DNA from: Podarcis erhardii | Taxonomy: Eukaryota | DNA: 64,000 bases | NCBI GenBank assembly: GCA_964252035.1 | Contig: OZ176202.1 | Direction: 5' to 3' (one strand) | Part shown: positions 13,489-24,450 of the stretch, piece after piece | Position numbering within the stretch: position 1 is the stretch's first letter | How the letters are laid out: every line of letters starts with the position of its first letter | The notes under the pieces: model-generated | What the model saw: only the letters and a program-made list of their open reading frames with translations | Told to the model about the DNA's origin: nothing | The model's database searches: none | Position numbers and translations under genes: made by a program

Positions 13489-13844
13489 GGTATAAATGAA
13501 AGGGGAATGGAAAAAGTCAGGGGTCAGCAAAATACTAGACAGTTCGGTGTACTTTCATACATTGCCTTTAGGTGTCACTGGATGACTTGCATTTCTGACA
13601 TACACAATTTTAGAATAATAGGTGCTATCAAGTAGATAGCATTAAATTACACACACCCTCTCTCTCCAGGAAGTGCAGAACATGGTTTCCTGACTCCTTG
13701 CCAAGTCAAGCATGAAAGATATATTAGACCTGGCAGCAGTACATCTGCAAATGCACCTACTCCTTTATGAACCTTCCCTCAGACCTCAAAACGAGCAACT
13801 ATTGACTGGAGGCTCCTATTGTCAGTGGGAACTGGAATTACGTA

Positions 13845-14026
13845 CAGTCGTACCTCGGGTCAAATATGCTTCAGGTTGAGTATTTTCAGGTTGCTTCCGG
13901 GTTTCACCACTCATGCATGCGCAGACGCTCAAAATGATGTCACACGCATGAGACGCGTGTTAAGTTCTACTCGGGATGTGAATGGGGCTCCGGAATGGAT
14001 CCCGTTCGCATCCAGAGGTACCACTG
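13845..14026. mobile_element. Tigger-like MITE (family 2, different interior)
   Basis: Same TIR class (CAGTCGTACCTCG / GAGGTACCACTG) and TA flanks, with an unrelated interior. Confidence 0.8.
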
Positions 14027-14334
14027 TATAGGCAAGAATTGTGCCATATAGCCAGGAACCAACTTGTGATTGACCAAATTCTTGGACCCGAGAAGATAAT
14101 ATCTGTAACGATCCCAGATGTGTCAACGTGGCAACAGAAAGCCAGATTTCCCCAGAGCATGGAACACTACATCTCCAGGTGGAGTCAGAACTGGCGGTGA
14201 CAGACTAGGAACAAGACCTTGGAATTGTAGTAAGCAGCTTGATGAACATTGCAACCTAGTGTGTGGCAGCCATGAAAAATCCATGATAGGAATTATGAGG
14301 AGAGGAATTTAAAAGAAAACTGTCAGTATCTGAA

Positions 14335-14590
14335 TGCCATTATGGAAATCTGTGGTGCGGCCACATTTGGACTACTGTGTACAAGTTCTGGTTGCCTCAT
14401 CTCAAAAAAGATATTGTAGAGTTAGCAAAGGTTCAGAAAATGGCAACTAAAACGATCAAGGGGAAGGAGGTAACATTATAGAAGTTTATAAAATTATGCA
14501 TGGGGTGGAGAAAGCCAACAGAGAAAAGTTTTTCTCTCTCATAACACCAGAACTCCTGAACATCCGATGAAGCTGAACATTGAGAGATGC
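14335..14590 (+). mobile_element. CR1 LINE ORF2 3' remnant
   Basis: Decayed MPLWKSVVRPHLDYCVQ.FWLPHLKKDIVELAKVQKMATKTIKG. Confidence 0.75.
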
Positions 14591-14945
14591 TCAGTCAATT
14601 TCTCCCAGGTGTAAGAGTAATTCATAGGTTTGCAGTCATTGCAGTACCACACCATTCCTTATTGCAGAATGAGCATTTATTCATCAGTTTACTATTTATA
14701 AGTAATTTATTAGTTCACTGTTCCATGGCAGTCAGCTAATCCTAATAAATGTTGCATTTGCTGCTGCTCTGTGGGTTGTATGTCAGGAGATGGGGAGGAA
14801 AGAGTATGGATTGCTACAGCTTCCTGGATGATTCTCCTGACAAATGTGGTGATGGATTCTCCAATGAGTTGTTGCGGTGCACTTCAAAACTTATCACAGC
14901 TCTGCTTGTGTCACACCAATATGGCTGCTTTTGTTACTTTACATA

Positions 14946-15723
14946 CCGTATTTTTCGTCCCATAGGACGCTCCATCCCATAGGACGCACCTAGTTTTTTG
15001 GGGGGGAAATAAAGGAAAAAATTTTTTCCTTTATTTCCCCCCCAAAAGCAGGTCGGGGAAACCGAACCAGGTCGAGGAACGGCGCTGCGCCTCCCTGCTG
15101 TCCCCCGAGCTTGTGGGGCTGGCCGATGTCTGCCTCAGGCGGCAGGCTGCTATCCACAGCGTGGGGAGCCCTGCGGGGAACTCCTGCAGGGCTCCCCACG
15201 CTGTGGATGTCTGCCCGGCATGCGGGGCGCTCTGCTTCAGGGCGCCCCACCCGCCGGGTGGCAGGCTGCTATCCGCAGTGTGGGGAACCCTGCGGGGAAC
15301 TCCTGCAGGGCTCCCCACGCTTCGATGTCTGCCCGGCGCGCGGGGCGCTCTGCTCCAGGGCGCCCCGCCCGCCGGGTGGCAGGCTGCTATCCGCAGCGTG
15401 GGGAGCCCTGCGGGGAACTCCCACAGGGCTGCCTAGGCTGCGGATGTGTTCCCGAAGCGCCGGGCGCTCTGCTTTCAGGGCGCCCGACGCTCTGGGAAGC
15501 AGGCTGCTATCCGCAGCCTAGACAGCCCTGCCGGACCTCCTGCAGGGCTGCCTAGGCCGCAGATGTCTTCCTGAAGCCTGGAGAGCGAGAGGGGTCGGTG
15601 CGCACCGACTCCTCTCGCTCTCCAAGCTTCAGCGAAAGCCTGTATTCGCCCCATAGGACGCACCCAGATTCCCCCTTCATTTTTGGAGGGGAAAAAGTGT
15701 GTCCTATGGGGCGAAAAATACGG
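14946..15723. mobile_element. Tc1/mariner Tc2-like MITE carrying a GC-rich hairpin array
   Basis: TIR CCGTATTTTTCG(T/C)CCCATAGGAC, TA TSD and subterminal CCATAGGACGC repeats. The CCGTATTT terminus resembles MER104/Kanga-type Tc2 elements (recall). Confidence 0.8.
15142..15570. repeat. About 119-bp minisatellite (about 3.6 units) built from two hairpins per unit
   Basis: GCAGGCTGCTATCC recurs at 15142, 15261, 15379 and 15499. Confidence 0.9.
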
Positions 15724-15732
15724 TACTTTCCT

Positions 15733-15770
<38 letters not shown>

Positions 15771-16833
15771 CTCAACTATACAGCTGCAAATATAACATTT
15801 TAAGTGTGTTTTAAGTGCATTGTACAAATGTGACACTGGATGGTGATTGTGAGCTTATGGCAAATTCAATATATTTTTTTAAACTTTTTTTTATAAAGCA
15901 TTTTCGCAGCCTTTTTATATGCGTCTAGATTCCACCACAGTCTCCAAATTTGACTGGCTTTTTTGCTCTGAACAAATCTCTGTATGAATAAACCATATTC
16001 TAAGAATTAGCTCACGTAAAGAGATATCTGGGCCATTATGAATTATTAAGATTATTTTGTCAACTCCTAGGCTGATCAGGGTTTAGAGCATGGGTGTTTA
16101 GACTGCTTTGGCCCAAAGACTGTGTTACAAAGTACCCCTAAAATCAAGCTTATGCTGTAAGAATGATAGCCTACACATGAGAAGGGAAGCTCTGCTTTGA
16201 CCTGGAGAGACGAAGAGGTAACCTCCCTTTTCCTTTTGAGCAAGCTTTGTTGCAACACTTCCCTCTAAATCCAGATTGCTGTAAATCTTTGCCAACCTTC
16301 CTTATCACTTGTAGATTTACAAAAGAGCATCAGATTCCTTCAGGGGAAGTGTTAAAACAAGAGTTTATCACCTAAAACCCTACTTCTTTCTTCTTCCTTC
16401 CCCCCACAACAGCTAATTGAGAGGTTCCAACAACCTAAGGCTCCCACTAAGGAAGCTCAAATGATCTGTTAATCTTTCTCCTTTCACCAGCTGCTCATGT
16501 TTAGAAGGTACAAACTCTTCCTGACTGGCACCATTAATTTTTTTTTAAGGATATAATAGCTACCGGAAATAGTTGTAGTTTTATTCTATCGGTCTCAGTT
16601 TTGGCCCTAAAAGCTGCTAGTAGGTAACTCAGAATTGGGCTGTTCCTCTGCAGGGGGCACCATTCTCTCCAAATATCCTTTTTGCAGTTTGTGACTTTTG
16701 GGCTGCTGCCCACGTCCCCTCCCTCTTCTTCACAGAAGAAAGTTTGTTCTTGGTCATAGATCACAGCTGGTGCAGAAAGTCCTGGTTCAGACAACACACT
16801 TAGCCAAACTTTGGTTTAGCTTGGCATAGGAGT

Positions 16834-17207
16834 AAGGTAAAAGGTAAAGGGCACCTGGACAGTTAAGTCCAGTCAATGGTGTGTGACACTCATCTCGCTT
16901 TCAGGCCAAGGGACTCAGCGTTTGTCCACAAACAGCTTTCCGGGTCATATGGCCAGCATGACTAAACCGCTTCTGGTGCAATGGAACACTGTGACGGAAA
17001 TTAGAGCGCACGGAAATGGCATTTACATTCCCCACCACAGCGGTACCTATTTCACTACTTGCACTGGCGTGCTTTGGATCTGCTAGGTCGCCAGGACTGG
17101 GACAGAGCAACGGGAGCTCACCCCGTTGCGGGGATTCAAGCCGTCGACCTTCCGCTCAGCAAGCCCAAGAGGCTCAGTGGTTTAGACCACAGCGCCACCC
17201 GTGTCCC
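16834..17207 (-). mobile_element. Sauria SINE (variant subfamily), full length
   Basis: Reverse complement begins gggacacgggtggcgctgtggtctaaacc, with tail aaggtaaaaggtaaaggg on +. Confidence 0.9.
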
Positions 17208-17335
17208 ACCGGCATGGAAGTAAAAACCACCAGGAAAGGAGCAAAGTGGCTGTAAACTCCATCCCAGGAGCCCATCTGTTTGCATGGTTTCAGGAAGCCA
17301 TACATGTCATTAGGTGAACCAGTGCAGAATATCTA

Positions 17336-17846
17336 CCATATTTTTCGCTCTATAGGACACACTTTTTCCCCTCCAAAAATGAAGGGGAAATGTGTGTGCG
17401 TCCTATGGAGCGAATGCAGCCTTTCGCTGAAGCCTGGAGAGCAAGAGGGATCGGTGCGCACCGACCCCTCTCACTCTCCAGGCTTCAGGAAGCTATCCAC
17501 AAGCCTTCGGAGCACGCCCTGGGCTTCGGGCAGATATCCACAAGCCTTGGGAGCTCGGTGGGAGTTCCCGCCGGGCTCCCAAGGCTTGCGGATAGCAGCC
17601 TGCATCCTGAAGCCTGGGGCACGCTGCGCAGCTATCCGCTATTCGGGCAGATATCCGCAAGCCTTGGGAGCTCGGCGGGAACTCCTGCTGGGCTCCGGAG
17701 GCTTCGGGTGAACGCACCTTGAATGCACAGAATGCACCTTGTTTTAGAGGGGGAGAACAAGAAAAAAAAATTTTTTTCCTGTTCTCCCCCTCCTATGGTG
17801 CGGTGCGTCCTATGGTCCGGTGCGTCCAATAGAGCGAAAAATACGG
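17336..17846. mobile_element. Second Tc2-like MITE of the same family, in opposite orientation
   Basis: TIR CC(A/G)TATTTTTCGCTCTAT, TA TSD, and the same 62-bp palindrome (17427-17488) and GCAGGCTGCT linker as 14946-15723. Confidence 0.8.
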
Positions 17847-18054
17847 TAATTTACCACAAAGAAATTCTAAGCTACAATTCTACAATTAAAGACAAATGTT
17901 TCCAGACTCTGTATTTCCCCAACAGAGCTAGAATTCCCAGCACTTTTAATGAACTGCAGTTTCCAATATTGGGGGGGGGGGGGGAGAGAATAATCCTGTG
18001 TGTACAAAGGGTATGTGCTCTTTGGGTTTCAGTTTACTGATTTTTCATTTAGAA

Positions 18055-18189
18055 CAGGCATCCCCAAACTCAGCCCTCCAGATTTTTGGGACTACAACTC
18101 CCATCATCCCTGACCACTGGTCCTGTTAGCTAGCGATGATGGGAGTTGCAGTCCCAAAACATATGGAGGGCCGAGTTTGGGGATGCCTG
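18055..18189. mobile_element. hAT-Charlie-like palindromic MITE
   Basis: CAGGCATCCCCAAACT...AGTTTGGGGATGCCTG, almost entirely fold-back. 8-bp TSD (A/T)TTTAGAA. Confidence 0.85.
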
Positions 18190-19123
18190 TTTTAGAAGTT
18201 ACATTCTGCCAGTGCCAGGCCTAGGGTTGTGAGCCCAGATCTGTCTGAGTGATAAATACAAGAAGAACCACAAACTCCACAAACACTTCCCTTTGTACTC
18301 ACTCTCTTCTCATGGCAAAAAAAAGCCTATTGAAAAAATAGAAAATGTCTCCAAGAGGAGTGAGGGGAGCCAGCAAAACTGCACTTACAATTTTGATATT
18401 CTGCATGCGCACTCCAGGCGCTCTGGGTGTATTCTGCCTTCCCAAGTGAGCTTGGGCTGCCGTGACTTTCCTGTTTCTTTTTATATCACACATTAGTTGC
18501 TGCTCGGTGATCACTGCAGCTGCAGGTTCCTGACCCAGAAGGGCTTGAAATTATTATGTATGCTTTTTCTTGGCAGTCAAAGCCATTCTCCACACCGTCT
18601 GTAAATGTTACCAAAAATAATGCAAACACAGATTCAGGATGAGAATTTGGGAAGGGAATTGGAGTAATGCAATTAAGGAAACACAGACTGATGCCATCAA
18701 GAATGCACTTAATTCAACAAAATGTCCATTGGTTTGTTTGTTTTTTACCACCAGACTATTTGCAACTCATTGTCTGAAATACCTCTGCTAAGAAATATTC
18801 GTTTTGGTGGGTGGGTCAGGATGGTACACATTATGGTTTCTCCGGCTTGCAAATGGAACCCAAAGGTTGGCAACCTTTGTAGAATACAAGCTGTGTACGG
18901 ATGAACTAAGTCATAGTTCAGAGAGCTGCATATGCAGCTTGTTTGTAATCAATGAGACAGCTCTGGTTTTAATGGTGTAACTGCCGTCTATGCAGATAGA
19001 CGTGTTCAGAATGGAGCATGTAATGTTATTCAATCCAATCAATCAATGATTTTATTTGCATGCTTCCTTTCCCAAAGTTAAAACCATGTTCAAGGCCGCT
19101 TATAGCATATTAAAAATTATGTA

Positions 19124-19365
19124 CAGTGGTACCTCGGGTTACATACGCTTCAGGTTACAGATGCTTCAGGTTACAGACTCCGCTAACCCAGAAATAGTGC
19201 TTCAGGTTAAGAACTTTGCTTCAGGATGAGAACAGAAATCATGCTCCGGCGGTGTGGCGGCAGCAGGAGGCCCCATTAGCTAAAGTAGTGCTTCAGGTTA
19301 AGAACAGTTTCAGGTTAAGTACGGACCTCCGGAACGAATTAAGTACTTAACCTGAGGTACCACTG
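19124..19365 (+). mobile_element. Tigger-like MITE (family 1)
   Basis: TIRs, TA TSD and an interior matching the other copies. Confidence 0.9.
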
Positions 19366-19537
19366 TAATTACAAGCATAAGAAAAGTAGCCAAACAATAA
19401 ATAAAACATCAAAAAGTATGCAAGTAAACTGAACTATTTCCACATAAATCGTAAGATTTAAAATAAAGATACAAAAAAAGAAAAAGAAAAAGAAAAATCA
19501 ATAGCAGCAGCAACGCCTGCAACAAAACCCCCTAAAC

Positions 19538-19861
19538 CAGGGGGAGGCAACCTAAGGCCTGGGGGCTGGATGCAGCCCAATTGCCTTCTCAACCCGGCCC
19601 ACGGACGGTCCAGGAATCAGTGTGTTTTTACATGAGTAGAATGTGTCCTTTTATTTAAAATGCATCTCTGGGTTATTTGTGGGGCCTGCCTGGTGTTTTT
19701 ACATGAGTAGAGTGTGGGCTTTTATTTAAAATGCATCTCTGGATTATTTGTGGGGCGTAGGAATTTATTCATTCCCCCCCCCCAAAAAAAATTGTCTGGC
19801 CCACCACATGGTCTGAGGGATGGTGGACCAGTTCACTGCTGAAAAAGTTTGCTGACCCCTG
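19538..19861. mobile_element. hAT-like MITE with an internal ~70-bp duplication
   Basis: CAGGGG...CCCCTG termini, a perfect 8-bp TSD CCCTAAAC, and a duplicated tgtttttacatgagtaga...atttgtggggc block. Confidence 0.85.
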
Positions 19862-20779
19862 CCCTAAACAGTATCCCAGCCCAAAAGTCTGTTCAGTGGC
19901 CTGTTCAGCTTTTGTTGCTCCATCATGCAGAAGAAAATGGGCTATACTGAGCAATGATGCCTGCCCCAATCTGAGCCTAGGCTGCTATGACTCTGGACAG
20001 AAGCCAGGGAGAAGAGACTGTGGTGAAGAAGGAGAAAGAGAAGAAAAGACAGAAAGAGTGAGAACGCAACTTGGAAAAAAGAGACAATGCATGTATTTTT
20101 GTAAACTAAGAAATATGTAATAAAAATATATTTTTAAAAAATAATTGTTGATCTATTCAGCAGGTCTCAATCACACTTGTTCTTTCTGCAGTTTGATCAG
20201 GTTCTTAACCTATGTCTGACTCACCAAAAGCTGTCATCACAGCCCTTGCTCATGCCATCACCCAGAGATGACTCACATGTGGGCCAGTCACTATGGATGA
20301 AATGTGGGGGGTGGGGGTGGGAACAACAGCCCAACTTCCACACTACTGAGGGACATTTACACATTCCATTCAATGAGTATGTGTATCTTCGTGCACAAAT
20401 AGCTGTGCTGTACACTGTTATTCACATGTACTGTTGAACAAGTGTTCAGTTTTTGTATCTGTGCATACAACAGCTGAGCTGTACAAGTGTACATAAACAC
20501 TTGTACATATGTACAGGCATCTTGTATCTGTGTTCAGTAGATCATGTGAAAGAAACCTCTGCAATTCATGCTCAAACAGAGCAGGGGCAGGAGCACATGA
20601 AGCAGAGTAGGGGCTGGCATCATGTCTCCAGGCAAGCACTGAGCATAGACACATCTGATAAGGATGGGAGCAGCTGTTTGCATATAGGGGCTGCACCTAG
20701 CACCTAGTTGTGTGCACCCCGATCATGGGGAGATCTTTCACACACACCTGTAGGGTGGTGTCCTTTTCAGGTGTCCTTA

Positions 20780-21120
20780 TCAGAGGCCAGGCTAGCCCAA
20801 GGCCATGGTGTTGAAGGGTGAGGTCAAGAATACAGGGGCACCTTAAGGAGCATCTCCATCCTCATTGTTCAGCCTGGACATTGAGGTCCAGCTCCAAAGG
20901 CCTTCTGGTGAGAAGTGAGGTTGCAGGCAGAGGACCTTCTTAGTAGTGGCACCTGCCCTGTGGAATGCCTTTCCATCAAATATCAGAGATAAACAATTAT
21001 ATGACCTTCCATAGACATCTGAAGGCAGCCCTGTATCAGGAAGCTTTCAATGTCTGGTATTTTGCTCTGTTCTTTTATATTCTGTTGGAAGCTGCCCAGG
21101 GTGGCTGGGGCAACCAGTCA
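20780..21120 (+). mobile_element. L2 LINE 3' remnant running into the assembly gap
   Basis: Same sequence family as 45722-46015 (agagg(a/g)ccttct...ccctgtggaa...catctgaaggcagccctgt...gcccag(g/a)gtggctgggg). Confidence 0.65.
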
Positions 21121-21263
21121 NNNNNNNNNNNNNNNNNNNNNNNNNNNNNNNNNNNNNNNNNNNNNNNNNNNNNNNNNNNNNNNNNNNNNNNNNNNNNNNN
21201 NNNNNNNNNNNNNNNNNNNNNNNNNNNNNNNNNNNNNNNNNNNNNNNNNNNNNNNNNNNNNNN
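21121..21263. other. Assembly gap (143 N)
   Basis: Run of N. Confidence 1.
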
Positions 21264-21908
21264 AATGCTAATGTGTGACTACAGCTCTTGGCTGACTGTG
21301 ACCAGAGGGCACCACACTGCAGGGGTTGCCACAACAATGTTGTGGAACAAATAGCAAGAAACAGGGGGTGCCGAATTGTAGCATTGCACAGAGTTCCACT
21401 GAAATTTGAGAGCCCAAAGTCTGCCACTGCTGTGATCCTTATGTTCATGTAAGGCTGCAGGTCTAACCCCACTTACCAGGGGAGGAAGCCTCACTAAATT
21501 CAGTACAGCTTACTTCTGAGTAGACATGGTTAGGCTCGAACCATAAGCCATATAAATGCTATTATCAAGTGTGGCTCTGACGGTTACTTGCTCTGTGCAA
21601 GAGCCCGGCCACGTTTCCAACATGTTTTTGATGAAGAACTCCTAAGTCACTGGGGGAAAGCACTGAGAGTAAATGGGTTCTATTGCTTGTTTTGCTGCAG
21701 ACAGGAATGTTTTTAAAATAGCCACATAAGTTTGAGAGGATTTCCTCCTGATGACATCAGGCAGCATCACTGGCTGATATCCTGTGCAAAGTCTCTTCCC
21801 CACCCCCTGCATCCCTTAGCATTTGTTAGATATGTTTGACTAAAGGACAAGGGAGGGTGTAGGTGCTCTGAAAGCCACATGAGTCTAAACCAGAATGGAA
21901 GTTGTTGT

Positions 21909-22255
21909 TGTGACGTGGGGTTTGTGATTTCAGCTCTCTTGACATAATATGCTGGAGACAGTTCTCTAGTAACACTTCTTTATTTAAAGCAACAAGACTG
22001 AGACTTGAGGAGGGGAGAGCTACATTTATAGGGACAGGGAACTAGCTAGAAAGGATACATTTTGGAGGGAACAATATCAGGCAATCACAGTCCTGCCTTT
22101 TGGAGGCAACCAATAAGACAGAGGATCCAAATACAGCAGCTTAAATGAACCAATAGTAGCTGTACCCTCTGGAACCAAAAGGCAGTTACTTTACCCTAAT
22201 GCAAATACAGACAATAATAATACAGATATAAAATCCTTTGACTCAATACACAACA
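21909..22255 (-). mobile_element. Solo LTR (347 bp)
   Basis: TGT...ACA termini and a perfect 5-bp TSD GTTGT. The minus strand has CCAAT boxes, TATAAA and AATAAA in the expected order. Octamer ATGCAAAT at 22199. Confidence 0.85.
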
Positions 22256-22928
22256 GTTGTGCCAATGATTTCCCCTCTTCTGACACTCTCTCACTCCAGG
22301 CCCAGATTTCTTATGGGATTCTCCTCAGATTGGACAAGTAAATGCCCCCTCAAAGCAGGGCAGATTCACTTATATAATGTTTTCACGTTAAATTTATTTT
22401 TATTAGCTCAAAGGACACTTAACAACAGAAGAAAATTAAATATCAAAAGGCAGTTACACCATCTGCAGGTAACAGGAAACAGGTAAGCAGATAGCTAGGT
22501 GGAGAATAGAAGCTGTGTTAAGTAAAAGCTAAAAGTTTTGCTTCTTCTTTAAAAAATTGTAGACTATTCTGCAGTTGATCTGTGTACAATGTAATCAGAA
22601 ATATGAGTCCCCCTCCCCCCCCAAAAAGTATAGCAATCTGGCTCTTATGTTTCAGTGTATTTGCTGTCAATAAAGGAAATAAAATATTGCAACTCTCCAT
22701 GCAATCATCAGCCTTAGGGGGGAAACCTCTCATTGGTACCAAAAGGATTTCACTCACACACACCCCAACCAGTGCTAATTGCCATGTTGTGAGGTGGGTA
22801 TTTTTACCAAAATTGCAGCTGGGGAGGGAATTCTTAAACCTCCTTGAAAAGAGTGCTGCCAATGACAATTCCTCTGCACCTGGCATTTGATTTTTTAAAA
22901 ATCCCAAATCTGATTACTAATCACACTA

Positions 22929-23170
22929 CAGTGGTACCTCGGGTTACAGACGCTTCAGGTTACAGACGCTTCAGGTTACAGACTCCACTAACCCAGAAAT
23001 AGTACCTCGGGTAAAGAACTTTACCTCAGGATGAGAACAGAAATCGCATGCTGGTGGTGTGGCGGCAGCGGGAGGCCCCATTAGCTAAAGTGGTACCTCA
23101 GGTTAAGAATAGTTTCAGGTTAAGAACGGACCTCCGGAACGAATTAAGTTCTTAACCAGAGGTACCACTG
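22929..23170 (+). mobile_element. Tigger-like MITE (family 1)
   Basis: TIRs, TA TSD and an interior matching the other copies. Confidence 0.9.
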
Positions 23171-24308
23171 TATTGACGTAATATATAGCCAGCCTTTATT
23201 AGAAGGAAGAAGGAGCAACTGCTATCTCACTACACAAAAAATGGGCTATGGTGTAGGTTGGCCATGTGTCTCATTTCACAGAGGACAGCCATCTGTTTGA
23301 AGGGTGGCCCAATCCAATAACAGATTAAAGATAAAGAGCCATAATAAGGGAGAAAGGGGGCCTTGACGTTGCATATCAACGGTCATGCCATGGAGAGCTG
23401 ACCGAGCAGACACACAAATCATGAGTAGTCACACTCATTCCCACTGTAACAAGAGGTATTTCTTGTTAATTATAATTATTATTTATAAATACACATCCTA
23501 ACAAATAAATGAGCATATGCAAATGTTATGAGTAGCTGCACATAATTGGCATCATAAGCATTGCAAAACTTAACGTCTATCCTATTTTTCTTTACATCTT
23601 TCTGCTTTGCAATAAACCTTTGCACTGAGATCAGTGCTAGAGACGGACTCAAATAATTACTGGCTTTTACCATTTTAAGGAAGAGCAAATTGGCTGCTCT
23701 GTTCCTGTATATACTGTATAGCCTTTGATGCAACTTAAGATCTTTTTGCATCTATCCTGATTAAGTTTGCATAACATCCCCCACATCCTATTTTAAGGCT
23801 ATAATAATCTATAACCATTGGCTTTTTAACTTGCCTTTCTTTCTCCCCTCCATGCCATTTTAATTTATGTTTTAATACTTAACATCTGCTGGGTTAAGAA
23901 TTTTGCTTCATTGTTTGTGGCCATTTGGTTAGACCTAAATAAGTATATTGTCCAATTGTTAGCTTTTATTTTTGTTTTTCCTAATGGGACATGGCTACCT
24001 CCAATTTTTCTCAAGGTTTTTTGTTTGTTTGTTTGTTTGTTTCTTCTTTTACCGCATCCCCTTTCTTATTCTTCAGGCCAGGGAGAAATCCCTTATCTAT
24101 AACCCACCCACCCAGTTTTTCTGGTTATCTTATCAGGAGTGGAGTCACCCTGAGCTAAACCTAGGGAGGCCAGGTGCAAAAGCAGACAAGGATCCTGCTT
24201 TTGTTGAGTTTTATTGATTGGGGAGTAACAGCTCTCCCTCCCTGCCTCCCCTTGGCTATGCCCATGGATCCTGTACCTTTAAGAGTTGCATGGGGGGGGG
24301 GGAATCAG

Positions 24309-24330
24309 CAGCTGTGGCTTTTATAAGCCA
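24309..24330 (+). promoter_or_regulatory. Candidate TATA-type core promoter upstream of a putative RASGRP3 non-coding first exon
   Basis: CAGCTG E-box at 24309-24314 and TATAA at 24322-24326, about 125 nt upstream of a strong donor CAG|GTGAGT. Motif-level inference only. Confidence 0.3.
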
Positions 24331-24349
24331 GCCATATGTCCTCAGAAAC

Positions 24350-24450
24350 TTACTTGCAGGGGTGCTGGTGAGAAGAGGTTTGGACAAGAGAAGAAGGAGG
24401 AGAGAACACAATCGTGCAGATCAGAGGCTGAAGCGTGAAGGTGCATCCAG
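24350..24450 (+). other. Putative non-coding first exon of RASGRP3 (start approximate)
   Basis: Purine-rich segment ending in the consensus donor ccag|gtgagt at 24450/24451, with no recognisable repeat. Confidence 0.35.

Noticed and set aside
15031-15555. Several 70-136 aa ORFs on both strands
   Set aside because: By-product of a GC-rich, stop-poor hairpin minisatellite inside a MITE; the peptides are repetitive with no domain.
20965-21472. ORFs spanning X residues
   Set aside because: Artefacts of the N gap and the adjacent L2 remnant.
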